Shown piece by piece: positions 10,382 through 22,290 of a DNA stretch of 64,000 bases. A program made the position numbers and the translations under genes. The stretch's first letter is position 1, and every line of letters begins with the position of its first letter. The notes under the pieces were generated by a model. That model was not told the DNA's origin. It worked only from the letters and a program-made list of their open reading frames with translations, and searched no databases. Origin of the DNA: Centroscyllium fabricii. Its lineage: Eukaryota. The stretch covers positions 148,738,001-148,802,000 of the forward strand of contig JBNRSN020000005.1 in assembly GCA_051313645.2 (NCBI GenBank), in the 5' to 3' direction.

Positions 10382-13073
10382 CTAAGAAAATCTTGCAAGG
10401 ATGAGCTCCATCCTTGCTTGCCGGCTAGCAACGTTCTCACGTAATGGTGGCGCTGGCTGGGGTCGAGCGGCAGCAACCCCGTCCTCCTCCTCCTCTACCT
10501 CCTTCTCCTCTTCCTCCTCCTCCTCCTCCTCTTCCTCCTCCTGCTCTTCCTCTTCCTCCTCCTCATCTGAGGACGGTATGCGAGGAGGCAGGTCTTGGTC
10601 AGGAGGTTCCAAGCCACGGCGCTGGGCCATGTTGTGAAGTTGACAGCAAACCACTATCATTCTGGAGACCCTGGCTGGGGTGTATTGCAGGGCTCCACCT
10701 GATCTGTCCAAGCATCTGAAACGCATCTTGAGCAAGCCGATGGTGCGCTCTATAATGCTTCTGGTGGAGATGTGTGTGGAGTTGTAGTTCTCCTCAGCCT
10801 CATTGGCTGGCCTCCTGACCGGCGTCATGAGCCAAGTCCTGAGGGGATAGCCCTTATCTCCAAGTAGCCACCCCGGAAGTTGGTCCGGCGGTGTGAATAG
10901 CGTAGGCAAGGTTGATTGGCGCAGGACAAAGGAGTCATGGCAGGACAAATCCGACCCGGCCAATTACCGTCCCATCAGTCTACTCTCAATCATCAGCAAA
11001 GTGATGGAAGGTGTCATCGACAGTGCTATCAAGCGGCACTTACTCAGCAATAACCTGCTAACTGACGCCCAGTTTGGGTTCCGCCAGGGCCACTCAGCTC
11101 CTACCCTCATCACAGCCTTGGTCCAAACATGGACAAAAGAGCTGAACTCAAGAGGTGAGGTGAGAGTGACTGCCCTTGACATCAAGGCAGCATTTGATCA
11201 AGTGTGTCATCAAGGAGCCCTGGCAAAGCTGAAGTCAATGGGAATCAAGGGGAAAAATTCATTGGTTGGAATCATACCTAGCACAAGGAAGTTGGCTGTG
11301 GTTGTTGGAGGTCATTCATCTCAACCACAGCACATCACTGCAGGAGTTCCTCAGGGCAGTGTCCTAGGCCCAACCATCTTCAGCTGTTTCATCAATGACC
11401 TTCCCTCCATCATAAGGTCAGAAGTGGGGATGTTCGCTATGATTGCACACTGTTCAGCACCATTTGAGACTCGGCAGATACTGATGCAGTCCGTGTCCAT
11501 ATGCAGCAAGACCTGGACACCATTCAGACTTGGGCTGACAAGTGGCAAGTAACATTTGCACCACACAAGTGCCAGGCAATGACCATCTCCAACAAGCGAG
11601 ACTCTAACCATCTCCCCTTGACATTCAATGGCATTATCATCGCTGAATCCCCCACTATCAACATCCTGGGGGTTACCATTGATCGGAAACTGAACTGGAC
11701 CAGCCATATAAATACTGTGGCTACAAGAGCAGGCCAGAGGCTGGGAATTCTGCGGTGGGTGTCTCACCTCCTGACTCCCCAAAGCCTTTCCACCATCTAC
11801 AAGGCACAAGTCAGGAGTGTGATGGAATACTCTCCACTTGTCTGGATGAGTGCAGCTCCAACAACACTCAAGAAGCTCGACACCATTCAGGATAAAGCAG
11901 GCCGCTTGATTGGCACTCCATCCACCACCTTCAACATTCACTCCCTCCACCACTGGCGCACTGTGGCCGCAGTGTGTACCATCTACAAGATGCACTGCAG
12001 CAACTCGCCAAAGCTCCTTCAACAGCACCTTCCAAACCCGTGACCTCTACCACTTAGAAGGACAAGGGCAGCAGACGCACGGGAACAGCACCACCTACAA
12101 GTTCCCCTCCAAGCCACACACCATCCTGACTTGGACCTGTATCGCCGCTCCTTCACTGTCGCTGGGCCAAAATCCTGGAACTCCCTTCCTAACAACATTG
12201 TGGGTGTACCTACACCATATGGACTGCAGCGGTTCAAGAAGGTGGCTCACCACCATCTTCTCAAGAGCAATTAGGGATGGGCACTAAATGCAGGCCTAGC
12301 CAGCCAGCAATGCCCACATCCCATCAATGAATTAAAAAAAAATAAAAAAATTAAGCTGCCAGTGTATCTGGCACACACATGCAAAATCTCCTTGTTGTGG
12401 TCACACACCAGTTGAACATTGAGTGAATGGAAACCCTTGTGGTTGAGAAAAGCTACTAGGTTGTCGTTGGGTGCCCTAAGGGCCACATGTGTGCAGTCAA
12501 TGATGCCCTGTACCCTTGGGAAGCCTGCCAGACGAGCCATTCCAATCGCTCGGGCCCTCACACTTGCGCAATCCGTGGTAAAATGGATGAAATTGTGGGC
12601 ACAGGCAAAGAGGGCATCGGTTACCTGGGTGATGCAGGAGTGTGTGGCCGACTGGGAGATTCCGCTGATGTCAGCTGCTGATCCCTGGAATGAGCCTGAG
12701 GCAAAGAAGTTGAGTGCAGTGGTGACTTTGATGGCCACTGGTAAGGCATGTCTACATGGTGTCCTGGGCTCCAGCTCTTGCTGCAGCATGGCGCAGATGT
12801 CTGTGACTGCCTCTCGGGAAAGTCGGAGTCGCCTTTGGCACCACCGCTCACTCATGTTGATGTCGGTGGCTCGGACTCTGTAGACCCTGTTTGGGGGGTA
12901 TCTTCTGCGGCGACGGCCTTGGATGCGCCGATGCCTTCTGGCCCATGCTGCCCCAGAGGGTCCGCAGGAGCGTCAGGCTCCTGGTGTGGCTGCTGCTGTT
13001 GCTGCTGTAGCCGCATCTGCTCCTGGTAGAGGTCATGTAATCCCAAGAAGGGAAGGAAGAAAATGGCTCCCAT
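10382..13073 (-). pseudogene. Harbinger DDE transposase (HARBI1-like), frameshifted near 12945 and split by a LINE
   Basis: Motifs GFPRVQGIIDCTH, KGFHSLNVQLVCD, ARYTGS|[37 protein letters not shown]; ATG at 13073; acidic poly-E C-terminal tract at 10483-10565. Confidence 0.92.
10944..12353 (+). mobile_element. 5'-truncated CR1/L2-group LINE (RT domain, 3' UTR, A-rich tail) inserted in the transposase
   Basis: [32 protein letters not shown], then WADKWQVTF and VRSVMEY; removing it restores transposase TGSCHD in frame. Confidence 0.92.
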
Positions 13074-13614
13074 GGCTGTGCTGGCAGCCTTGGCTGAGGA
13101 AGCACTGAGTGAGGGGGGGAAGTGAGAGGGCTTTCCCAGGTCACACTGCAGAAGTGTTTGAGGATTCAACCTTCCACATGCGTGCTGAAGCCTGTTGCAA
13201 ATATCCCCAGGACTGAGAGAACAATGTGTTTGCGGAAGAGAATGATGGCTGATTAAATGTGAGCCTTCATTGAGTGACCGGACACAGATACTCAGCAGTC
13301 CCACTGAGTTCACACAAGGGTTTCACCTGACGGGGTTTATCTTGGTGGATTTTGTGCGTGAAACACCTGAAAATTGCTAAGGGCCCTTAAAATGGGATTG
13401 CAGATGCCAATTAAGGGCCCTTAATGACCTTAACAAGCATCCCCGCCGGGCGCCGGCGGGAAAGATTCGGGGCGGGAAAAAAGGCCGCCCAAAAATTCAA
13501 ATCCGGCGGGGAATGGAAGGGCTTGGGCGGGAACCAAAATTTTCTAATTTTCATCTCCCGCCCACCCAAAACCCCGCCTCACGGGGACATGAAAATTCCC
13601 CCCTAAGTGTGGAA

Positions 13615-13925
13615 CATGGAACGGTCAAGGAGGCTTTGAGGGTGTCCATGAAGCATTTCCTCTGCCCAACTGGGGCTCTCTTGCCGTGCTGGAGCTCCGA
13701 AAAGTGCGCTTGTTTCGGGAGTCTCGTATCGGGCATGCGGACAATGTGACCCGCCCATCGGAGCTGATCGAGCGTGGTCAAAGCTTCGATGCTAGGCATG
13801 TTGGTCTGAGCGAGAACACTGATGTTGGTGCGCCTGTCCTGCCAATGGATTTGCAGGATCTTGCGGAGTGCTTTGAGGTGCCTGCTGCACATGGTCCATG
13901 TCTCTGAGGCATACAGCAGGGCATA
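13615..13925 (-). mobile_element. RTE-clade LINE C-terminal fragment
   Basis: LLYASETWT...LRKILQIHWQDRRTN...QLRWAGHIVRMPDTRLPK...G.R..G is typical of the RTE/BovB-like post-RT region. Confidence 0.85.
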
Positions 13926-13953
13926 AATCAGTGACAATGCATTGTTCATTCAA

Positions 13954-14068
13954 ATGCAAGAAGTCACACAACACCAGGTTATAGTCCAACAGTTTTATTT
14001 TAAATCACAAGCTTTCGGAGCATTGCTCCTTTGTCAGGTGAAGTGAAGTTGATCGAAAGAAAGCACAT
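13954..14068 (-). mobile_element. Short Penelope pseudo-LTR-derived insertion with 17-bp TSD
   Basis: atgcattgttcattcaa duplicated at 13937-13953 and 14069-14085; insert matches 20981-21071 in reverse. Confidence 0.8.
14005..14041 (-). ncRNA. Minimal type I hammerhead-ribozyme-like motif (core G8>A)
   Basis: Minus strand: tcac CTGACAA a ggagc aat gctcc GAAA gctt gtga; stems I and II pair, palindromic AAGCTT at stem III. Confidence 0.65.
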
Positions 14069-14599
14069 ATGCATTGTTCATTCAAGATAATATTGTTTCT
14101 TTCCTTATACAGAGAGACGCTTCCTTGTTTCTATCTAACCTTAACTTATGTGGAACAAAGCATTGTTGTCATCATTTTTTGCACCTTTCTACTTGTCTAG
14201 ACTATAGTTTATATCTTGCAAACACCAGCAAGCAAATATGTGTAAAGAAGAAAGACTGGGTGATAAATAAATCTTTTTCCAAAAATAAATGGCAAAGTAC
14301 TTACCTATGACATTTTGCCACCAGCGCCTCTTTCAAAAATGATTAACAGTTACAAAACACTTAAGGGAAGATTTCTCTTTTGACTATTAGTAATGAAATT
14401 GTAAATGTAAGTATAAAGAATGTGTTTGCAGCTTTACTAAGCTAACAAGCAATGGAAACCTTCCTTCCACAATAGTGCCTTTTTTATGGCTATCTTTTTA
14501 ATAGCTTGATTTAAACAGTATCCGCTGATAATCACAGTGGGAAATTTGGATGAGTCACTACAAGGGAGGTGAAGTATTTGAAATAAAAGGATCTGCTTC

Positions 14600-14960
14600 C
14601 TTGATGCCTCAGTTGGTCAAAGCGATTTTTTTGGTGAACCATGCAGACCACGAACTGCCAAGTTCAACTGCTGATCTATACTCACTTAGCTGAGCTGAGC
14701 TCAGGTGGTAATGGAGGTGTTAAAATTGAGCTCAGTACTATTGGGTTAAGGAGGAAAACTCAGGCCAGAATTCCTGATTTTGATTCCTACCCAATTACTC
14801 TAACTGGAGAGCATATGCATGTGTGGATATCAGATAAGGAAAGAATCAATCGTGGCTGTGATGCCCTTTACAGTTCAATGGCTGGCTAACACTGACAATC
14901 TGGGCTCACGCACGACAAATGGTCACTTCAGTAAGAGGGTGCCTAGCACCTGTGGCACTC
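14600..14960 (+). mobile_element. Old SINE-like repeat, unclassified; related copy at about 51800-52045
   Basis: Loose colinear similarity between the two regions by eye; tRNA-like head remnant (ctcagttggt...gttcaa). Confidence 0.4.
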
Positions 14961-14974
14961 CCATGCTGGTCTCT

Positions 14975-15250
14975 TGCGCATCCCCAATTTTAATTGCTCC
15001 ACCATTGGTGGACGTGTCTACCTCGGACCTAAACTCTTAAATTCCCTCTCTAAACTTCTCCGTCTCTCCACCTCTGTCTCCTCCTTTAAGACACTCCTTA
15101 AACTTAGCTCTTTCACCAAGTTTTTTGGTCATCTGCCCTAAAATCTCCTTATGTGGCTCGGTATCAAATTTTGTTTGATAATTACTCCTGTGAAGAGCCT
15201 TGGGACCATTTGCTACATTAACGGCACTATATAAATGCAAGTTATTGCTG
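14975..15250 (+). mobile_element. L2-like LINE 3' end
   Basis: ctcctttaagacactccttaaa...ccttatgtggctcggtatcaaatt...tataaatgcaagttattgctg tail shared with other copies. Confidence 0.75.
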
Positions 15251-16420
15251 TTCTTGCTGTCCAGAGGGAGTCAACACCTTTTGCAGAGGGAGAAAGGAGG
15301 AAAATAAACTGGAATATCTGAGTTAAAAGAAATACAATCTTTAGCAAAGAGTGCTTGGCAAATGCTTGCATGTCAAAAGATATAATTGAATCAAGAAAGA
15401 ATTATTGTATGGCTTGCACAAGATGAGTTAATGAAAATAATATGTGGATATCTGGCTGCATTACCTCCCTAGGAAAATACCAGTGCTTCCTTAATGATTG
15501 TATCCCTGACATGATAGTCCCTTCCTCACTCCTCACTAACTTCTCCAAACCAGGTCTGCAATCATATCACCAACACTCGCTTGTTGCATCAAAAATGTTC
15601 AAATCTTCAACAACAAACTGAAGCAAGCTAAAGTATGCTGAAGTTAATAAGAAATCTCTGTAGCTGATTTTAAAAGGGGGGGTGGTATTTATCATATATT
15701 TTATTTAAAAGATTCGTTTCATTGGAAATAATTTTTTTCCAAATCAATTTTTTTTTACAAATTCAGCTACCCTTGAAGAATGTGCCACAACTATTAAAGT
15801 TAAATTATCCTTAGGGGAATTAGCACTTAATCAGTTAAATAGGGGTATTAAAGGCCCATTTACACAGCAGCGACTGATTCAGTTTTTGTATCGAGTTTGC
15901 AGCTGTTCCTCATTAAAATGCACCGTGTAAATGCCACAAGTTTGTTTACTCTTACCGCAGTAGAAAGGAACACCTCATGCTACCAGTTTTAAAACAGCTG
16001 CAAATCACAGGGATCTAAATCAGGCCCATGTAAAGAAACTGATTCATATTCCCTCGCTAGTTTCCTCCCTCCTTGTGCAGCAGAGTGTGCACTGGGCAGT
16101 AATCTGATATTAGCACTCGTTGTATTCTCCTTGAGGAAGAAGGTGCCTGTGAATAGGACACAAAATAACTTTCAGTCTGATCAAAGATTCAAACTAAATT
16201 TCATCTGGTGTAAGGGAACAATCATAAAGCATGTATGCTGATGAGAAAGAATTTAAAACAGCGTACATACAGGGGTGGATTTATCTAAGTGTACATACAC
16301 TACTTACAAGTTGCTTTGGGTTTGTATAGCACTGGTGCTGACTCTGAGTGAGCAATTTGAACGTGCCTTGTTTCCAAATAAAGAATGGGGCAGCATAAAA
16401 GTGGTTACTGGGTCACTTCG

Positions 16421-17085
16421 ACAACAACAACTTGCATTTATATAGCACCTCCAACATGGTAAAATGTCCCAAAGTGCTTCACAGGAGCGATTATCAAACA
16501 AAATTTGACACCGAGCCACATAAGCAGATATTAGGACAGCTGGAGGTAGATTTTAAGGAGCATCTTAAAGGAGGAAAGAGAGGTAGAGAGGCGGAAAGGT
16601 TTAGGGAGGGAATTCCGGAACTTAGGGCCCAGGTAGCTGGAGGCACGGCCGCCAATGGTGGAGCAATGAAAATCGGGGATGCTCAAGAGGCCAAAATTGG
16701 AGAAACGCAAAGTGGATGGTTGTAGGGTTGGAGGAGGTTACAGAGATAGGAAGGGGCGAGGCCATGGAGGGATTTAAAAACAAGGATGAGAATTTTTTAA
16801 TTGAGGCGTTGCCGGACCGGGAGCCAATGTAGTTCAGCGAGCACAGGGGTGATGGGTGAATGGGACTTGGTGCAAATTAGGACATGGCAGCAGAGATTGG
16901 ATGACCTCAAGTTTATATCGGGTGGAGGATGGGAGGCCGGCCAGGGGAGTGCACAAATAGTCAAATCTGGAGGTAACAAAGGCATAGATGAGGGTTTCAT
17001 CAGCAGATGAGCTGAGGCAGGGGCAGAGTCAAGCAATGTTATAGAGGTGGAAATAGACTGCATTGGACATGGCGCAGATATGCGT
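16421..17085 (-). mobile_element. L2-like LINE 3' fragment
   Basis: (aca)n tail plus cttgcatttatatagc; minus-strand HSPITPVLAELHWLPV motif. Confidence 0.85.
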
Positions 17086-18384
17086 AACTGCTGAGAGAGA
17101 AAACATGTTCAGTCAGTACCTGAGACTAGATATAGATAAATAAAGCCCTCTTGTATTTGAGGCTGAATTAATTTTTAATTGGTGAGAAAAGTCAAAAGTG
17201 CGCATCCTTTAAAGAAGGTGTTTTGGAAAAGTGTACATTGGAAATGGCGGGGGGGGGGCGTGGGTGGTGATGGTGAATGGGACAAAATAAAATTCCTGAT
17301 TTCCTTTCCACGTACATATTTTATAAATGGCCTCTCAAAGGCTAATTTAGGAGTTGTGAACCTGCAGATGAAAAGTCTGGCTGTGACTCTATTTAACTGC
17401 ATTGTAAAAAGGAAAGTACAGTGTAGTGTCAAGGGCTGGCATTGTTGCCTGGATCCCCTTCATCTCATCTTGGTAGGAAATACATTTCTTCACACCTACA
17501 CACATGCCCCTTTCTCCCACTCTCTCTGCTTCTCAGGTGATGATCAATTAACAGGCTCCCACCGAGGTGTGAGACTTGTCCCTGCACTTCACAATTGGCC
17601 TGCACGTGACACTCTCTTCTCCTGTTTCCCAGCAGCGTCGATCCCAGCGCATCACAATGGCTATGTTCACTTTTCACCTCTAGGCTACATTCATGTGCTG
17701 CAGACAACAAATGCTGCTGGTACCTGAAAGATGGGATCACACTAATCCTTGGATTTTTTCACACTCCTCTAATCCCATTAACACACCTGAAATAATAGCT
17801 TCTGTGACAAATGCCCTCTTTATTTTCTCCTCTTCTGTTGTGTTGTTATTCTATTTGAGGGTTGTTACTGCTCTTGATTTCCATATAGATAAGAGAAAAT
17901 GGTGTCCCAACACACCTGCAAAGCCATGAATTCTCAGCTACAATTGAACTGCATAAACTTCTATGAGCCTTAGGCAGGCAAGTGAGATTTGACATAAAAC
18001 TATCACATGGTTGTGGAGAAAAGGCTGTTTTTTTACCAAATGGATGTCACTTAGGCCTTCACTTAGTGTTGGCCTGCACAGGCGCTCAATATCAAAAATA
18101 AAATCTGCACATTGTATTTTAAATCATGCTAATATCTTTAAGAGGACCTCATAGTTAAAAACCAAAATCTCTAAAAAGTAGAGATTTCCTCTGGAATGCA
18201 GAGTTTTTCTTAACAAATGCACTCCACCCTTTCTGTGAAATAATTGTATTTTAATAAAATCTTGCATTGTATGTGTGTTTCTTTTCAGTTACGTGGGCTA
18301 ATAGCTACTGATGATAGTTAATGCAAGTTATACTTCATGTACCATTCAGTCAATAAAATGCTCATATCACTGCAGCCTGAATCA

Positions 18385-18510
18385 TAGGATATATTATTAC
18401 AACAGTGACTAGTAATGTATTACCTACATTACAACAGTGACTACACTTCAAAAGTACTTCATTGGCTGTAAAGCACTTTGGGATGTCTGGAGTAATGAAA
18501 GCCGCGATAT
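18385..18510 (+). mobile_element. DeuSINE-like 3' fragment
   Basis: cctacattacaacagtgactacacttcaaaagtacttcattggctgtaaagcactttgggatgtc, same as 54793-54860. Confidence 0.6.
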
Positions 18511-18514
18511 AACA

Positions 18515-19095
18515 AAAACATCAACTTGTATTTATATATGAAGTGGATTTATATAGCACCTGTAATGTAGTAAAACATCCCAAGATGCTTCACAGAAGCA
18601 TTACAAAAGAAAATTTAACACTGAGCCACATAAGGAGATATTAAGGCAGACGACCAAAATCTTAGTCAAAGAGGTAGGTTTTAAGGAGCGTCTTAAAGGA
18701 GGAGAGAGAGGTGGAGAGGCGGAGAGGTTCAGGGCAGTATTTCCAGCGCTCAGGGCCACAGCAGCTGAAGGCACGGCCGCCAATCGTGGAGCGATTAAAA
18801 TCGGGGATGCTCAAGATGTCAGAATTAGAGGAGCGCAGATATCTCGGAGGGTTGTGGGGCTGGAGGAGGTTACAGAGATAGGGAGGGGTGAGGCCACGGA
18901 GGGATTTGAAAACAAGGATGAGAATTTTTAAATCAAGGTGTTGCTCAACCGGGAGCTGATGTAGGTCAGTGAGCACAGGGGTGATGGGTGAACGGGATTT
19001 AGGTGCGAGTTAGGACACGGGCAGCAGCGTTTTGGATGAGATCAAGTTTATGGAGGGTGGAACATGGGAGGCTGGCCAGGACTGTGTTGGAATAA
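18515..19095 (-). mobile_element. L2-like LINE 3' fragment
   Basis: ORF 18662-18976 LKILILVFKSLRGLTPPYL...LRSS...GGRAFS...FKTLLKTYLF is an L2 ORF2 C-terminus. Confidence 0.88.
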
Positions 19096-19652
19096 ATGCA
19101 AATTCTTTCTTTTGACATCATTGCAATTTGAGTCATATGGCCTCCATGGGTGTATGTTGTGGTTTTGTTTTTGCATCTGGCAACTTACCACTCTACTATA
19201 ATTATTTTCTTACAAAGAGGAAAGTTGCTCATCTTTTTATACATATAATAATAATTAAGAGTAGCATTTTAATAGTGTACATTCAAAACAGTAATACATA
19301 TCTAGATTCGCTTAACATTGATGAAACTTTTGTGCTTTGTTCTTGTACTTGTGTAACTTTGGAACTTGCCTTGTGTTTAAGCCTTTTAACCTACTACTGT
19401 GCTTTGTCAGTATGGATGTTGTTTTCATAGGAAATGAGGAAAAATCCATTGAAGTCAAACAGTTGTTCCTTTTCAAAATACAGACCACATAATTGAAGAG
19501 TGTAGACATTAAATAAATAAAGAAATGCTGTTGACTCTTCTTACCAGCAGCTTTCACGTACAATCATGATAAGTAGCAAATAACTGTTTTGGGAAAGCAA
19601 GCACGATTTTACAACACAGAAATTATTCTCACAAAAAGCAGCCTTGAATCAC

Positions 19653-20058
19653 GAAACATAGAAACATGGAAGATAGGAGCAGGAGTAGGCCATTTGGCCC
19701 TTCGAGCCTGCTCCGCCATTCAATGAGATCATGGCTGATCACCCAAACCCAGTACCCCGTCCCTGCCTTGTCCCCATATCCCTCGATCCCTCTCGAGCCT
19801 ACACCGACACATATCCCACCCTATCCCCGTAACCCCACATATTCAATCCCCCTAACACTAAGGGTCAATTTATCCTGGCCAATCAACCTAACCCGCACAT
19901 CTTTGGACTGTGGGAGGAAACCGGAGCACCCGGAGGAAACCCACGCAGACACGGGGAGAATGTGCAAACTCCACACAGATAGTACCCGAGGCTGGATTTG
20001 AACCCGGGTCTCCAGTGCTGTGAGGCAACAGTGCTAACCACTATGCCACCGTGACGCC
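19653..20058 (-). mobile_element. HE1/V-SINE-like SINE, full length
   Basis: Reverse complement of 974-1372. Confidence 0.88.
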
Positions 20059-20403
20059 GAGAGTTTATGTTTTTGGATAGTATGAAATCTCTTCAATGTT
20101 TTCTTGATTCTGTGAGGTGATAGAGTGGGGTGGATTTTGCTCAGCAGAGATCAGACACCTTAGTTATACAGCGGAGATCAGAAATTCAATGTGGTGGGTA
20201 TTTTCTTTTGTTTTCAGGATGGGGGTGGTTGATGGCAAGGCCATTGTTTATTGCCTAGCCCTAATTGCCTTGTGAGGGTGCTGGTGGGGCTTTTCCTGGA
20301 TCTGCTGAATCGCTGTGATGATGATGCTCCCACAATGGTGTTAGATGTGCTGATGACACCCAGCTCCACCTCACCACTGCCTCCCTAGCTCCCTCCACTG
20401 CCT

Positions 20404-21104
20404 TTGTGTGGTGTCCATTCATCCGTTGTCGGCGGCGAGACCATGCAGACACTACGACAACGGATGAACGGACACCACACAACAATTGCCAGGCAGGAGT
20501 GTTCCCTCCCAGTCGGGGAACACTTCAGCAGTCAAGGACATTCAGCCTCCGATCTTCGGGTAAACATTCTCCAAGGCTCCTTCGAGACACACAACGCAAA
20601 ATCATCGAGCAGAGGCTGATAGCCAAATTCCGCACCCATGAGGACGGCCTCAACCGTGATATTGGCTTCATATCGCGCTACATGTGACCCCACCTGATGT
20701 AGAGTCATCCAGACTCAAGTCGTCTTTGTCTTGTTCGCTGCGGCGATTTCCAGTAAGGAATATCCTTTTTTTTAAATCATTCTGTGTGTTTTCACACAGA
20801 CACAAGACTGCAACATTTGACCCTTTGTGACTATACCTCATTGATCTCAGACTGGTGCCTGATTAATATGTTAAAATATGTTAAAACACTTTTGTCTGCT
20901 TTGTATGTCTCTCTGCTGAGGTGAGATGTTGGAGAGATTAGACTGCTCTCTCCCTTGCTGTCTTTAAATGAACTTCTCTTTCACCTGAGGAAGGAGCAGC
21001 GCTCTGAAAGTTTGTGATTTCAAATAAAACTGTTGGACTATAACCTGGTGTTGTGTGACTTCTTGCATTTGTCCACCCCAGTCCAACACCGGCACCTCCA
21101 CATC
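20404..21104 (+). mobile_element. Penelope-like element 3' fragment (GIY-YIG endonuclease end plus pseudo-LTR)
   Basis: GETMQTLRQRMNGH...PVGEHF...HSASDLRV.ILQG and RKIIEQRLIAKFRTHEDGLNRD (frameshifted); followed by a hammerhead motif, aataaa and the ggactataacctggtgttgtg tail. Confidence 0.85.
20981..21017 (+). ncRNA. Minimal type I hammerhead-ribozyme-like motif in the Penelope pseudo-LTR
   Basis: tcac CTGAGGA a ggagc agc gctct GAAA gttt gtga; CUGANGA and GAAA cores intact, stem III mutated relative to the 14005 copy. Confidence 0.7.
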
Positions 21105-21109
21105 AGACT

Positions 21110-21825
21110 ATTCACAACATCAGCATTTGACCCTGAATTCAGCTTCCGACCCCATAGCCTCTCCATCACCAACACTGCCTACTTCCACCTCTGTAACATT
21201 GCTTGTTCCTCAGCCCATCTACTCCTGAAACCCTCATCCATGCATTTGTTACCTCTAGATTCGACTATTCCAATGCTCTCCTGACTGGACTCCCATTTTC
21301 CACCCTGCATTAACTTAAACTCATCCAATGCTCTGCAACCATCTCCTAGCTTGCACAAGGTCCCGTTCACCCATCACCCCTGTGCTCGGTGACCTACATT
21401 GGCTCCCAGTCCAGCAACACCTCCACTTAAAATATTCTCAACTTCATGTTCAAAGCCCTACATGGCCTCGCCCCTCCCTATCTCTGTAACCTCCTCTGGC
21501 CCTACAGCCCTCTGAGAACTCTGCGTTCCTACAGCTCTGCCCTCTTTTCCATCTCCCACTTCCTTCACCCCAACATTGCAGCCATACCTTCAGCCGTCTA
21601 TGCCCTAAGCTCTGGAATTCCCTCCCCAAACCTTTCTGCCTCTTCACTGCTCTCTTCTTCTTTAAGACCCTCCTTAAAACCTACCTTTTTGACCAAGCTT
21701 TTGGTCACCTGTCTTAATGTTTCCTTCTTTGGCTTGGTGTCAATTTTTTTCTGATTGCTCTCCTGTACCATGCTTTGGAACGTTATACTATTTTAAAGGC
21801 ACTATATAAATGCAAGTTGTTGTTG
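21110..21825 (+). mobile_element. L2-like LINE 3' part; its upstream RT piece (ADDTQL) lies at about 20345-20403
   Basis: MFKALHGLAPPYL...RTLRS motif; tail tataaatgcaagttgttgttg. Confidence 0.85.
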
Positions 21826-21829
21826 CAGT

Positions 21830-22290
21830 AGATAGGGAATTCCAGGATAGTGACCCAGTGATGATGAAAGAACAGCAATAGATTCAAGTGTGTACATTGG
21901 AGGGGAACTTGGTCTTCCCACAGCTTTGCTGGTCTTGTCCTTCGCAATGGTAGAGGTTGCAGGGGGGGAAGTGCTGTTGGTGAGATTCTGTAGTGAATCC
22001 TGTAGCTCATACATACTGTAGCCATGGTCACTGGTGAAGGAGGTGGATATATGAGTCCAGTGCCAGCTGCACTAATCAAATGGTCTTCCCTGGTTTGGAT
22101 GGTGTCAGGCTTCTTGAATGTGGCTGCACCCCAACAAGTGAAAGGTAAGCATTCCATACACAGCCCTGACTTGAACTTTCTGGATGGTGGATAGGCTTTG
22201 CAGGGTCAGGAAGTGGACCATTTGTCACAGAGTACCCAGCCTCTGCCCTTCTTTAGTAACTATAATGTTGCTACAACTGGTCAACTTAAA
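21830..22290 (-). mobile_element. Diverged copy of the 10944-type LINE
   Basis: MECLPFTCWGAATFKKPDTIQ resembles MEYSPLVWMSAAPTTLKKLDTIQ. Confidence 0.65.

Larger units (their letters stand above)
6859..13603. mobile_element. Autonomous-type PIF/Harbinger DNA transposon (decayed)
   Basis: Imperfect TIRs GGCCGGAATTTT / AAAATTCCCCCC, TAA on both flanks (6856-6858, 13604-13606), convergent Myb/SANT-like gene (+) and DDE transposase (-). Confidence 0.9.

Noticed and set aside
10382-13073. Domesticated host HARBI1, or NAIF1/MSANTD for the Myb gene
   Set aside because: Enclosed by TIRs and a TAA duplication, carries stops, frameshifts and a LINE, and has related non-autonomous copies; it is a transposon.
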